Below, piece after piece: positions 27,730 to 41,394 of a stretch of 64,000 nucleotides of DNA; position 1 is the stretch's first letter; each line of letters begins with the position of its first letter. This stretch comes from Dictyostelium discoideum (taxonomy: Eukaryota). The notes beneath the pieces were generated by a model that worked only from the letters and a program-made list of their open reading frames with translations, ran no database searches and was not told the origin of the DNA. The position numbers and the translations under genes were made by a program. The DNA lies in NCBI GenBank assembly GCA_000004695.1, contig CM000151.3:6848001-6912000 (forward strand). Direction: 5' to 3'.

Positions 27730-30320
27730 AAATAAACAAAAATCATCAAAATCATCAATTAATTTAGTATATTCAGATAATCAATCAACACTTAATAGAG
27801 AAATTTCAACATTAATGGAAACTTCACCACTACCATCATCATCATCAACTTCATCATCAACTTCAGCATCATCGTCAACAGTATCATCACCAACCAATTC
27901 ATCAATAAAAATAATAGGATCACAATCTAAATCATCAAATTCATTATTAAAGAAACAAAAATGGGAATCAGATACACCAGAGGATATTTATCAATTATTG
28001 GCGGAACAAAAATTAACAGAACAAATGATTTGGTGTGGTCATCCAGATTTATTCCCAATTATACATCAATATTCAGATATATTAAATGCAAAAGAGAATC
28101 CAAATGGTAGTAATATTCTATCGATTAACCTACCGGCATCAAGTGGTGAATTTGGTGATGTTAAAAAAAAGAGTTATAAAATCGCTAAAAAGTTAACGGT
28201 TGCACAAACTATAAATTTAATATGTAAGAAACAAAATGTTAAAGAACCACGTAAATATTGGTTATCAACATTGTATGGTTGTATTTTAAATGATGAAATG
28301 TTATTATCATCCTATGGATTTGGTACATTTTTCGATTCTTGGGAGTTATCATTAGTGTTGAAACAAGTTTTCACTGATAAAATTCAAACTGATATACCAT
28401 TGGATAGTTGTTATGGTGAATTTGTTGTAGATTTCCTATTACCACCATTGAAACAATTTGGTGGTTTAAAGAAAAAAAGAATTAAAGTCGATTCAAATCT
28501 ATCAATCTCTCAAATATTGAAACAAATTTGTACAAAATATAAAATTGAAGGTTCTGAAAGATTCTCTATTATAACCACTGAAGAATTTCCATTGATTCTT
28601 AATGAAAATTCAACATTGGGTCATTATGGTTTAGGTAATAAATTTCAAACTTTAGAATTATCAATCGTTTTCACTGAACTCATTCCACCCTATTCCCTAA
28701 AGAATAATAATGTCCCAACATTTGGTGCTTTTCAAGTTGGTAGTGTTGATCCAGTACAATCGAAAGCGGTTATCATCGATTTAGAGAATAAACTTCAAGA
28801 TCATTTGAAATTGGGTGAAGAAATGGTTTTACAAATTAAAAATTTAGCTTCAGATTTAAAAGATAAAGAAAGAGAAATTAAAGATAAAGAAGCACAACAT
28901 TTTACAATTATGAATCATATCGAGGAGAAATTAACAAAAATTAGACAAAATGTCACAAATGAACGTGAAGTTCATATTAAACAAATCACTGATATGAAAC
29001 TTGAAAAAGAATCATTACAAGATTCAATTAAACAATTGAAACAACAATTGGAAGATTTAAATTCATTACTTTATCAAGAAAGAGCAATTAATACTGAATC
29101 TACAATCGCTAATAATTTTAAAATTTCAACTCTTGAACAAGATATTCAACAATTGAATGATCAAAATAATGATTTATCAACAACACTTAAAGATACTGAA
29201 AATCAATTAGAATTAACAATAATTCAAAAACAACAAGAATTTCAACAACAAGAAAAAGAGAAATTTGATTTAATTCAAAAATATGAATTAATTATAAAAA
29301 ATTTACAAAGAGAAAATGATGAAAAAATTAAATCAATTTTAGAAAAACATCAAGAAGAATATAATCAACAAGAAAAAGAACAAAAAGAAATTACTGATAG
29401 ACTATTTAATAATTTAGATAATAATATTAATAATAATAATAATAATAATAATGAATTAATTTTAAGTAATAATAATAATTTAGATATTGGATTTAGTTCA
29501 ATTGAAAGAGAACAACTTTTATCATCAATTCAAAGATTAACTAGAGATATTAATGATCGTGATGTGGTGATTAAACAAGTTTATCCAAAGAAAATTCAAA
29601 ATTTAGAATCAAATATAAAGAAACTTGAAGAGAAATTAAAAGAATCTGAAAATATAAATCAACAATCAAAACAAACAATAGCTTTGAAATCTTTGGAAAT
29701 TACAGAACTTAACCGTCAAATTTATTCACTCTCCAAAAATAACTCTGATATTCAATCATCATTGGATCATACTAATGAATTATTGAAAAAAGAAGAAACT
29801 AAATCTAGAAATTTATCACAAGATCTTTCAAATCTAAAGAATCAATATGATTCACAATTACTTTTAATTGAACAAAAATCGCAAACTATTCAACAAATGG
29901 AAATCACAAGAATAGAATTGGATGCCAAGTTTAAAGAACGTGAAACTTATTTACTCTTTGAAATTGAAGAATTGAAAAAACCAAAACCACCTCCACTTCC
30001 AACTTATAAAGTTAATACTCCAAAATCTCCTGATACTGCAAAACATGGTGATATTACTGATGTTAAAAAGTATGTTATTTTTTATTAAAAAAAAAAAATA
30101 TACTTTAAATTTTTATATTTTACTAATTGTATTTATTATTGTTATTATTTTTAGATTATTAAAACCTGTACCAAATTTACCACCGCCACCAAGAGAACAT
30201 ACAATTGCTACAGTTGCCGATTTATTATTTGTTTCAATGCAAAAAAGATTCCAAAGTATTCAAGGTCCTGATATAGAAGATTTGGATGATGACGAAGATA
30301 GTGGTGGTGAATTCATTTAA
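27533..30320 (+). CDS. Coiled-coil protein with two tandem ubiquitin-like (RA/RBD-like) folds, a Pro-rich segment and a short C-terminal exon, about 900 aa. Exons 27533..30069 and 30155..30320.
   Basis: The two ubiquitin-like-looking segments are KKKSYKIAKKLTVAQTINLICKKQNV...YGFGTFFDSWELSLVLK and KKKRIKVDSNLSISQILKQICTKYKIEG...LGHYGLGNKFQTLELSIVFTE. A roughly 400-aa heptad-rich region follows, then PPPLPTYKV...PNLPPPP. The terminal intron is GTATGT...TTTTAG, in phase. The domain call is by pattern only. Confidence 0.72.
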
Positions 30321-30487
30321 AAAAATTAATTATAAATTATTTTTAAACTATAAAAAATAGGTTAGCCATTAAAGGCAATAAACAATAATTAATAGTTTAT
30401 TTATGAATTTTAATTTTAAAATACATTCCAATTATTATTATTATTTTTGACTTAAAATATTCAACATTGGATATTTAATTTTAAAAT

Positions 30488-30495
30488 TGTTATTA

Positions 30496-30560
<65 letters not shown>
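30488..30560. repeat. (ATT)n intergenic microsatellite.
   Basis: Visible trinucleotide run. Confidence 0.95.
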
Positions 30561-30752
30561 GCTAAACTTTTCACTAAAATTCATGAAGCAATAATTCACT
30601 ACTATAGAGAAATATTAGATCGTTTAGACGTAACCATTCATGACTAATGAAAAATAATATTTTTAAATAAAAAAAAGTGTTTTTTACTTTTAATTTTAGT
30701 TTTTTTTTTTTTTTTTTTCATCTAATAATGTGAAAATTAAAATGGCCCCAAT

Positions 30753-31364
30753 TTAACAACAAGTATTTTTCTTATTGTTTGGAGTAATGCATATGGTATG
30801 ATCAGGATCATTTGGTGTATCAATCATACGTTTTTTAATATCTTTTGCTAAACCAATAAAGGCTTCCTCTACATTTACACTGTTTTTGGCAGAAGTTTCT
30901 AAAAATTTAATACCATATTCGTCTGCAAGTGATTTACCTCTTGAGCTATCAACAACTTTCTTTTCGGTCATATCACATTTATTACCGATTAACATTTTAT
31001 TAACTGAGTCTGAAGCATGTTGCTCGATATTTCTAATCCAATTTCTAATGCTACCAAAAGATTTTTCATCAGTGACATCATAAACCAATAGGATACCCAT
31101 AGCACCGCGATAGTATGCTGTAGTGATAGTTCTGAATCTTTCTTGACCTGCAGTGTCCCAAATTTGTAATTTAATTCTTTTACCCTCTAATTCAATTGTA
31201 CGAATTTTGAAATCGATACCAATAGTAGCGATGAAACTTGGTGTGAAAGAACCATCAGAAAAACGTAATAAAAGACATGACTTTCCTACACCACTATCCC
31301 CAATTAAAAGTAATTTAACTAAAAAATCGTAGGCTGCTGGTTTATTTGTTGCTGGAGAAGTCAT
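30753..31364 (-). CDS. Rab8-like small GTPase (Rab8/Sec4/Sas subfamily), 203 aa, single exon, with a C-terminal CC prenylation motif.
   Basis: [113 protein letters not shown]...GNKCD...ETSAK...CC. This is near-identical to the Rab8 core, including the effector loop TIGIDF. Confidence 0.92.
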   Translation of the reverse strand: MTSPATNKPAAYDFLVKLLLIGDSGVGKSCLLLRFSDGSFTPSFIATIGIDFKIRTIELEGKRIKLQIWDTAGQERFRTITTAYYRGAMGILLVYDVTDEKSFGSIRNWIRNIEQHASDSVNKMLIGNKCDMTEKKVVDSSRGKSLADEYGIKFLETSAKNSVNVEEAFIGLAKDIKKRMIDTPNDPDHTICITPNNKKNTCC

Positions 31365-31888
31365 TATTTTGAAAAAAATATCTATATTACCAATTATGTT
31401 TTTAAATGTTTTTATTGAGATGAGAAAATAAATAAATTTTTATAAAAAATTAGAGTTTTGATTTTAATTGTTTTAGTTTGGATAGTTGTGTTGTGTTGTG
31501 TTTAATATTCTATTTATAATTTTTGATGAAGTGAAAACGTTAAAATTATTGAATTGCTGAATTGAAATTTAATTCAAAAAAAATAAAATTTATTTTAATT
31601 TTTGTTTTTTTAAGAAAACATTTCAACCATTCGATTTAAATTTTTATTTTTTTATTTTTTTTATTTTTTTGGGTTGAAATGTTTTCTTAAAAAAAATAAT
31701 TCTTCGAAAAAGTTAAATTGAACCGATTAAATAATTTTTTTTTTTTTTTTTTTTTTTTATTAAATAAACAATAATTAAATTAAACCTATTGATATACTTC
31801 AATATTTTTATAATGGTTTTATTTATGAATTTTAATTTTAAAATGTAAAGCTATTTCTTTTTTTTTTAATTTGAATTTTCAAATAAGG

Positions 31889-32019
<131 letters not shown>

Positions 32020-32039
32020 TTTTCTTTCTGGTTTTTAAG

Positions 32040-32520
32040 ATTTTAGTATTAAAATTGGATAAATCGGTCGATGAGATAATGTTTGCATGCACCCAGTTTA
32101 AATAAAATAAACTTTGCACTTAAATTCGTGGGCAGACCAAGACTCCAAGGTCATGTGATTATTTGATTTATTAAAAAAAAAAAAAAAAAAAAAGGAGTCT
32201 TAGGTATCGGATCGGGTTTATGATTTGTAGTTTTTTAGTCCCTACTAACTAGATGGATTTTGAACCTCTCATCTATCGGTTTGAATGTTTTATTTATTGC
32301 TGTTACTTCTCAGCAATTCCACCACCTTCGATAGAGGTTTTTCAACCTTTCTCTCTAATAATGCTGATGTAGTGCAGAGTGAAAGGAACGTTGCCGCTCA
32401 ATTCAAATTGTATTCTGGTGTCTGAATAGGTTTTAAACCTGATGTCCTAATAATTCCCAACAACATAAGTTTAAAATTTATAATTTAAGGGCAATTGATT
32501 AACATTTTTTGTTTTTTATG
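32040..32520. other. GC-richer (about 40% G+C) non-coding island, a candidate structured ncRNA or snoRNA locus.
   Basis: No ORF longer than 30 codons. There is a local 8-bp stem (AAGACTCC ... A20 ... GGAGTCTT) and box C/D-like elements (TGATGT ... CTGA, CGATGAG ... TGA). Composition is strongly atypical for the surrounding intergenic DNA. Confidence 0.3.
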
Positions 32521-33530
32521 GGTCTTTTCGAAAAAAAAAAAAAAAATCAATTTTTTTGCAAACAAAAATGAAAATTTTTAAGAAAAAAAACTAAATTTTT
32601 AAATTTTTATATGTATTATCATTTTAATAACAAACAAACATTAATTTTTTTTAAAAAAAAAAATATATTAGTTTGAAAATTTTTAATAAAAAAAGAATTT
32701 TTGTGGGGATGATAAAATTGATTAATAAGATTCACAAATTCTTTTTTTATTTTCATTTTTAATAATTGAGATTAGAGGGAAAAAAAAAAAAAAAAAAATT
32801 CGCTGAAATCGTGCAAATCAACACAAAGAGATTTTTTTTTTAAAAAAGTAATCAAAGTTTTTAATTTTTTTTTGTAATGCACAAAAACTTTGTAAATGGT
32901 ATGAAAAATAATTAAACTTTTTTTTTTTTTTATATTTTTCACAAATTTTTTCTTTTTTTATCAATCAAATCTTTTTTTTTTTTTTTTTTATCATTTTATT
33001 ATTTTATTTAAAAAAAAACAATTAATAACAAAAAAAAAAAAATGGAGAACCAAAGAAGAGGTATTTTACAAGGATTAAATCGTAGTAGAACAAGTAAGTT
33101 TTTTGAATATTATTAATTTATTTCAAAAAATAAAATTAATGATTGGATTTTATACTAATAATTATTTCAGTATCAACCCAAACAAACAATACTACTGGTC
33201 AATTAAATTCAACTACAACACCAACAATTACTGGTAAAAGTGTTTTCATGGCATAAAATAAACCCAATAAATTCACTCTATTCTTTTTTTTTTTTTTTTA
33301 AACAAAAAAAAATTTATAAATTCTTCTTAAATTCTTTATTTTAAGATTTTTAAAATTTATTATTACTTTTTTTTTTTTTTTTTTATTTTTTTTTTTTTTT
33401 TTTTTAATAAACAATAAAAGAAATATTTTGAAAAAATTAAAAAAAATTATTTTTAGTTTAGTTTATTTTATTATTTTTCTACATCTTTATTTTTTTAATT
33501 TTTTTTTTTTTTTAATCATATTAAAAATTT

Positions 33531-36500
33531 TTATTTATTTAATAAAGTATCAAATGGATCAACTAAAATATTTTTAGAGAAAGCATTTAAAGATTCTTTA
33601 AATTGACCAACCATTCTTTGTAAAGTTCTATTTCCAGCCATAATCGGTAAGATTTCTTTTAATAGAGATCTTTTTGAGAGACCTAAAATAGTTGATTCCC
33701 AAGGTATTGATAAACTATTATTTGAGAATGGATTACTTTCCATACTCATACCAGTAGTATGATTATGATGGTGATGATGATGATGATGATCATTTAAAGT
33801 TGAAGAAGGACCTAACAAATCAGTACAAAGATCTGTGAGTTTTACAATATTACAACAATTTGTTAAATATTTCGTATAAATTAATAACCAATGTTTATAT
33901 TCCAATGAACTCTCTAATACTTGAGCTAACCAAAGTTGTTTCTCTAAAAATAATGATGTTGAAAGTTGTTGTTGTTGTTGTGATTCACTATTACTTAATG
34001 ATAGTAAATTTGATACTGATGGTTGTTGTTGCTGCTGCTGCTGATTACTAATATTATTAGTTATATTTGAATTTATAATAGAATTAATCCTATTATTATT
34101 TTGAAGTGTTGATAAAATACCTGTATTAGTTGTATCATTACTGTTATATTCTGACAAAGCACCCAATCTATCGGTAATTTTAACCCATTCACCAACATCA
34201 CTAGAATAAACAAAACTATCACCATTTGAAAATGTAATGATTGGTTTACCACTCTCTTCTGTTACCATTGCATGTTTAATTGTTAAACTATCTCTATTCT
34301 TTAAGAATGGTAATTCTCTATTTGATAATTCTACCTTTTTCTTTAAAACATTCCAAACACAAACAAATCCATCACATGTTATCGCTAACAAATGATTAGT
34401 TTTATTACTTTCTAAAAATGATAATTGATTTCTTGGTACAATATTTGACATTATCTATTTAAAAATTAAATTATTAATATTTTAAATAATAATAATAATA
34501 ATAATTGTTTTTTTTTTTACTAAATTTTACTTACAATTGTACCATTTTTATTAAAAATATATAAAAGTGAATCTAAAGTTGTAGCAGCGCACCAATTTTT
34601 ATTACCAGTAATTAAAGTTATACGACCTGCTATTCTATTTTCCCAAAGTTGAGTTTCAAATGATAAATATCTAATGACAGAGAAATATTCTACAGTATTA
34701 TCTTGAAGTTCTTGTTCAGTTATATTTACATCGATTATAATTGAACCACCAACGCCAGATGTAGTTGTAGTATTTGGTGTCATTGTTGGGAATAATCTAT
34801 TATTTAGTGCAGAGGCTTGAATTGGTTGATCAATTAATTTCTTTGAGATTTTATTTGTTAATGTTGGTAATGGTATTGAAAATCCTGTTGGAATAACTGT
34901 TGATATAATCATATTATTATTGTTGTTGTTGTTACTAAATTGTGAATTTTGATTTTGATCAGTTTGTTGTTGTTGTTGCTGCTGTTGTTGTTGTTTATTA
35001 CTACCACTACTCGATTTCTTTTTTTTAGATATTGATATTGTTGGTTCTGGTTCTGCTGATCTTCGTTTACTACTATTATTACTATTACTATTACTACCGC
35101 CAATATTAGGAGTAGTATGTTTTGTTGATTGATCATCTCTATCACTTTTATCTCTATCACTTTTATCATGATGACTTGATTTATGAGTATCTCTATGATG
35201 AATGTGATGATTATGATTATTATTATTATCTTTTATTCTTGGATGTGAAAATCTATCATTACTACCATCGATTGTACCATTTAATTTATTTAATCCAAAT
35301 GGTACCATTGGTGTCATTTTAGTTGGTGTTGCTGTTTTTTCTGTTATTGTTGTCGCTGTTGTTGTCGATGATGATGATGATGATGGTGATGAGGTTTTAG
35401 TTGATGAATCAGTTTCCATTGGTTCATTACCAGTTGGTTTTAATGAAGAGGATGAATGTTGTAATTGTTGAAGATGTAATGGTATTGCAACTGGTTGAGG
35501 TTTTGTAATATTTTGAGAACTACTACCAATGAAAATTGGAGTAATTCTTCTCTTTCCTCCAGGCATTATGGTTTGTTTTTGATTTTGCATTGCCAATTGA
35601 GTTGGTTGTAATGTTGATGTACTATTTGTTTTTGAATGATTTTCTCCACCATTTTGATTGTTTATACCACTACCGCTACCACCACCACCACTAACACCAC
35701 CACCACTAACACCACTACCAACTCCATTTGCATTTGATTCTTCCATTGCCAATTGATCAGGATTCTCTGGTAAAATTGCATGACTACCACTATTGGCAGC
35801 TGATGATAAATTACCACCAGCTGCACCATAAATAACATTACCTTCTTTATCGATTGTGACAGCATCACCATAATAATTTTTAAAGAATATTTGTTTCTCC
35901 TCTGGTCCAATTGGTGAACCACCAATCTCTTCAGGATCCAATGAAATGTAACCAACTGTACCATCAGTTGAACATGCAACAAATGAATAACCATCTGAAC
36001 ACCATGAAATATCTTGAATACATTGATCAAACAATGATCTAGTGACCATTAATGAACGTGGTGATGATGATGACCATAATGATAATGTTGAATCTTGACC
36101 ACCCAATAAAATTAAACAAAACTTTTGATCCCTAGATTTAAAATCCTTATAAATCTTTGATGAACATCTTGATACAACCACCGCTTTTCTATGTCCAACT
36201 AAATCTAATCCAATATCCCAATCTGTTCTACTAACTAATACACCTGTATGTGTTGCATTATTAATACCATGTGTTGCAACTATAAATTGTCCATCTGGTG
36301 TCCAACTTTTAAAATAATAAATAAATAATAATAATAAATTATATTATTTAATGAAAATTAAAGTTAGTAAAAAATTATTTTTTTTTTTTTTTTTTTTTTT
36401 TTGGTTTTTTTGTTTTTTTTTTTTTTGTTTTTTTTTTTTTTGTTTGTTTGATATTCTTTCCGTACCTTGGTCTTAAAAAGAAAGAATTACCAGAATGTTT

Positions 36501-37324
36501 AAATGGTTCTGTTACTATTGTTTCTACAACCCAATCTGATGTTCTCCATATTATTAAACTTTTATCTTCTGATTGTGATGCCAAATATCTACCTAATGGG
36601 TCCCATGTTAAACCTTTAACAAATCCTTTATGTTCCTCCAATTTTGACACCATTTCTATTATAAAAATTTAAAAAAAAAAATTTTATTAAGTTAATACAT
36701 AGTATGTTGAATCTTTAAGATTAATATTAAAATAAAAATACTTACGAAACTTATTAGTTTCCCAAATTATTATTGATTTATCAAAACTACATGTTGCAAT
36801 ATATTTATTATCTGGAGACCAACTAACTTCAGAGATATCTGAAGCATGACCTCTCAATGTTGCAACGCAAACCCAATTTTCTGTTGTATTTTTGAGTAGT
36901 GAATTATTGTTTGATAAACCCCAAATCATACATAATTTATCATCAGAACCTGATGCTAAATATTTACCATCCTTTGACCATTTAACTGAATTGACTGAAT
37001 GGAAATGTGCGTTCTCTATTGAACATAATAATTTGGGTATTCCCGCATCTTCTTCAGCCTCCAATAATGATATTGGTGCCATGCTCCATATTTTTATCTT
37101 TGCATCACCACCACCAGTTGCAACTCTTGTGCCATCTGGATGTATATCAATTGAGTATATAGATAATCCTAAAAAAATTATTCAATTTATTTATTTATTT
37201 ATTATTAATTTTTTATTTTTTTAATTTTTTTATTTTATTTTTAAATTTTATATAGCCAAATAATAATAATATTATTATTATCTTACCTCCATGCGATACC
37301 CATTGTGGTTTGAGGATTTTCATT
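33531..37324 (-). CDS. hira: HIRA histone chaperone (WD-repeat histone cell cycle regulator) homolog. Five exons: 37288..37324, 36746..37168, 36466..36655, 34535..36305, 33531..34454.
   Basis: The N-terminus MKILKPQWVSHGG|LSIYSIDIHPDGTRVATGGGDAKIKIWSM...DGKYLASGSDDKLCMIWG...WSPDNKYIATCSFDKSIIIWETNKF|QMVSKLEEHKGFVKGLTWDPLGRYLASQSEDKSLIIWRTSDWVVET matches HIRA WD repeats 1-5 residue for residue. The C-terminus ...SSLEYKHWLLIYTKYLTNC..IVKLTDLCTDLLGP...PWESTILGLSKRSLLKEILPIMAGNRTLQRMVGQF matches the HIRA C-terminal domain. Introns are GTAAG/GTACG...(A/T)AG with consistent phases. Confidence 0.9.
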
Positions 37325-37339
37325 TATTATTATTTGTTT

Positions 37340-37390
<51 letters not shown>

Positions 37391-37615
37391 TTTAAAAATG
37401 AAATAATAATATAAAAATTATTTTTGAAAAAAAAAAAAAATTTTTAAAAAAAAAAAAAACAAATATCAATGAGAAACAAATACACAAAGTGTGTGCGTGT
37501 GTATATGTATAAAAGTTTGATGGGATTATTATTTAATTAAAAAAAAAAAAAAAATTTCAACAAATTATTTTTTTTTTCACTTTTTTTTATTTTTATTTAA
37601 AAAAATGTAGCGCAT

Positions 37616-37660
<45 letters not shown>

Positions 37661-37787
37661 CTACCGTAGTTCAGAAAGATTTCATAAAAAAAAAAAAAAA
37701 AGAAAAAAAAAAAAAACCAATTTTGTGTGTGTTTCCAATTATAGATTTTTGTTTTTTAAAAAATTTTTAAAAATAAACAAAAAAAAA

Positions 37788-38475
37788 ATGGAAAATACAG
37801 ACCATTCTTATAATCAACAACCTGTAAATAATAATGATGTTAGGGATTTATTATTTGAAAATTCACCACTCGACCAATATCTTCAATGTAAATTATTATC
37901 AATCATTAATTAATTACACTATTTAATGATAAATTAAAAAAAAAATAAAAAAATAAAAAAATAAAAAAAAATACAACTTATTAATAAAGTTTTATATTTA
38001 TACTTAAATAGCATTAAATTTAAAAGAAAATGAAGATAATAGAGGTGAAGTTTTATCATTTGAAATGTTTAGTCAAGAGAATATTGAAAATAATGAAGAA
38101 TATAATCAAATAAAATATGATAATAACAATAATAATGAAAAAAATAACGATAATAATAATACTTTTAAAAATAAAAATAATAAAAATAACAACATCAAAC
38201 TAAATAAAATTCAAATATTCTTCATGTCATTATACCAATCTATATCATCAATTATAATTGAATCAGATATTCTATTAGTACAAGAGTCACCATTTATCCA
38301 AAATCCTAATTTATCATTAAAAGATAATGATGATAATGATGATGATGAATCACCATTACCACCAATATATCCATTATCATTATACACCTTAGATAATGAT
38401 AACATATCAAATAATAATAATAATAATAAAGAATTATCATTAAATATTATTGAATTAATATCAATATTATATAAC

Positions 38476-38511
<36 letters not shown>

Positions 38512-40462
38512 TATATAATTATATTGATATCAATTTTAATTTTAATAATATCAATATTTTTAAATTTTAAATTAATAATTTTTATATTTTCAATATCATT
38601 AATAGTGATTATATTAATATTGAAAATTATAAATTCAAAGATTAAAGAGATTCAAAGAAATATTAAATCATTAGAAAAAGTTAATTTAGAATTAATTGAT
38701 GCTTGTAAGAATCATTATAATCAAATTAGTAAAACTATACAATTAATTAGAGAAGTTGAATTAATATCAAGAGGTTATAGATTATCAACACCAATAACTC
38801 CAATTGAAAGAATTGAACAATCCAATAATAGTGGTAATGGTACTAGCAATAGTTATAAATCTGAAAAATCATTTATTTTAAGAGCAAGTGTTTCAAAATC
38901 ATTAAAAACATTTATAATTTTATTTAAAAATTTAATTGAAAATCAAGCAATTTCTTTAAATTTACTTGAAAATCAAAAACAATTTATTAAATGTCAATTA
39001 TCAGAACTTTTCAATTCAAATAATAATAATAATAATATTGATGATGATGATGATGATGATGATATTAACACAAAAGAAAATCAAGAAGAAATAGAATTAG
39101 ATCAATTAGAAAATGATTCACAATTACCAATTGTAACATTAAAATTAATGTTACATCAATATGAATTCATGGTTTCAAATTTCTTTACTTTATTTATTAT
39201 ATCATTTTCAAATTTATTAAATAATAATAATAATTTTAATAGAAGTGATGGTATTATTACTACTAGTAACCTCTTTAATTTTTCAAATATAAATAATAAC
39301 ATTTGCCAATTTCAATCAATTCTATTAAAAATTTCAAATAGATTAACGATTGAAAATAATTCAATTAAATCTTTAATTTCAAAAGAATTATGGGAAAATA
39401 GTATAATATCATCATCATTATTGTTATTTCATTCCCCTAGTACAAAAAAAAAAAAAAAAAAAAAAAAAATACCTTTTACTAACTATTATCATTATTTTTT
39501 CATTTTTTAATTTAGAAATTCCAAAAAGAGTTATATTATCAAAACCAAAGAAAACAACTATTGAATCATTTATATATAATACTAATCAAATAGCAGAATC
39601 ATTAAATAGCATTAGTCCATTATTTACAAGTTTACTTGAAAAAATAGTTCCCTTAAAACAAAATAATAATCAAAATAATAATCAAAATAATAATAATAAT
39701 AACAACAATAATAATAGTGATTATGAATCATCATCATCATCATCATCTATAACAATACTTGATATTTTAAAATTAGATGAAGTTGTAAATGACTTTTTAT
39801 TAATTAAAAATGAATTAACAAACTCATTAAAGAATTGGGATAATGCAAATAGATCTTTAGTAAAGATGGTTAGAACTATACCAACAACAAATCCAAATTT
39901 ACAAAAAGAATGGACTGAACAAGAAGCAACTGAAAAATTAAAAAAACTATTAGAAAAATTAAGATCCAATCATTTTAATAATAATGATGATCATGATGAT
40001 CATGACGATGATGATCCTAATAATCAAAGACGACAAAAACAAAATGAATTAAATAAATTAATGACTTCAACTACAACAATCAATGAAAATCAATGGTTAA
40101 TTTATGAAGATACTGGTGACCTTGATCCAACATATATTGAAAGACCTCTAATTCAAATTAATGAAAATACAAATAGTGAACTATCAAATACAAATAATGA
40201 AACAACAACAATAATAATAACAAAACCACCCCCACCTCCACCACCAATGGGATTACCAAGAAGAACCAAACCTCCAAAAAGGACAATGTATGATCCTGAT
40301 TTTGATCCAATAACTCAAAAAATGAAAATATCTTCTGAAACTAGTACTCAAAATAATAATAAAAATAGTATTGCTGCTTCAATAATTCCACAAAAGAAAT
40401 TAATGAATGAACTTAAAACTGTTTTAGATATTCATGTCCTAAAAAAGAATATGCCAACTTAA
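37788..40462 (+). CDS. Hypothetical transmembrane, low-complexity protein, about 820 aa. Exons 37788..37887, 38012..39439, 39516..40462.
   Basis: A long open frame with poly-N/D tracts, a roughly 60-aa hydrophobic stretch (IIILISILILIISIFLNFKLIIFIFSISLIVIILILKII) and a heptad-like segment. The C-terminal exon has PPPPPPPMGLPRRTKPPKR. The exon 2/3 junction uses an atypical GTACAA donor across an A25 tract, so the join is uncertain. Exon 1 (MENTDHSYNQQPVNNNDVRDLLFENSPLDQYLQ) is also provisional. Confidence 0.5.
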
Positions 40463-40600
40463 TACCAAAAAATAATAATAAATTCAATCTTGGGTCTTTT
40501 TATTTTGTTTTAAAATTTTTTTTTTTTTTTATTTTTTCTTTATCATTATTTCTTTTTTTTCGTGAGAAAAAATTAATTCAAGACTTTTTTTTTTTTAAAT

Positions 40601-41363
40601 TTATTTATTTCTTTGAGTAACTCTTTTAGCAGCATTGACAATGTTTTGAGTTTGGACCATACTATATATTCGAAAAAAAAAAAAAAAAAATTAATAAATG
40701 TGAACCAAATGAATAATTAAAAAAAAAAAAAACAAATTAATACTTACGCAGCATTTTCCAAGTTTGAAGCATATGGCATTGGAACATCAGCACCACAAAT
40801 TCTTTCAATTGGGGCATCTAAATAATCAAAAGCATGTTCCATCATTAATGCAGAGATTTCAGCACCAATACCAGATTGTGCCCAACCTTCTTCAACGGTA
40901 ACTAATTTATTTGTTTTTTTGAGTGAATTTACAATGGTTTCAGCATCAATTGGACGAATGGTACGTAAATTGATAACTTCAGCAGAGATACCTTCTTTGG
41001 CAAGTATTTCAGCAGCTTCCATACAGTTACTAACGATTCTAGAGAAACCAACAATTGTAACATCTTTACCTTCTCTTTCAACTTTTGCTTTACCAATTGG
41101 AACAAGGTATTCTTTATCTTGTTCTTGATCTGATAAATCAAATTTATAATTGTAAAGTAATTCACTCTCTAAATAAACAACTGGATTATCATCACGAATT
41201 GCTGATTTTAATAAACCTCTATGATCAGCAGCACTCCATGGTGCAACAACTTTAAGACCTGGAACACTACCATACCATGCAGCAAAACACTAAATTAATA
41301 ATAATTATAATTATTAATTATTAGTATTTTTAATTTGAAAGAAGGAGGGGGAGAGAGAGAGAG

Positions 41364-41394
<31 letters not shown>

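Noticed and set aside
34909-36030. ORFs 34909..35169(-), 35122..35322(+) and 35662..36030(-), nested inside the large HIRA exon.
   Set aside because: They are shadow frames of the HIRA exon 34535..36305, which has the conserved HIRA motifs.
36375-37082. ORFs 36375..36653(-) and 36687..37082(-), which are reported as separate ORFs.
   Set aside because: They are HIRA exons 3 and 2 with read-through into the flanking introns (the ...KKKKTKKKK tail and the ...FNINLKDSTYYVLT tail). They are not separate genes.
40929-41165. ORFs 40929..41165(-) and 40919..41128(+).
   Set aside because: They are out-of-frame shadows of pdhB exon 3.
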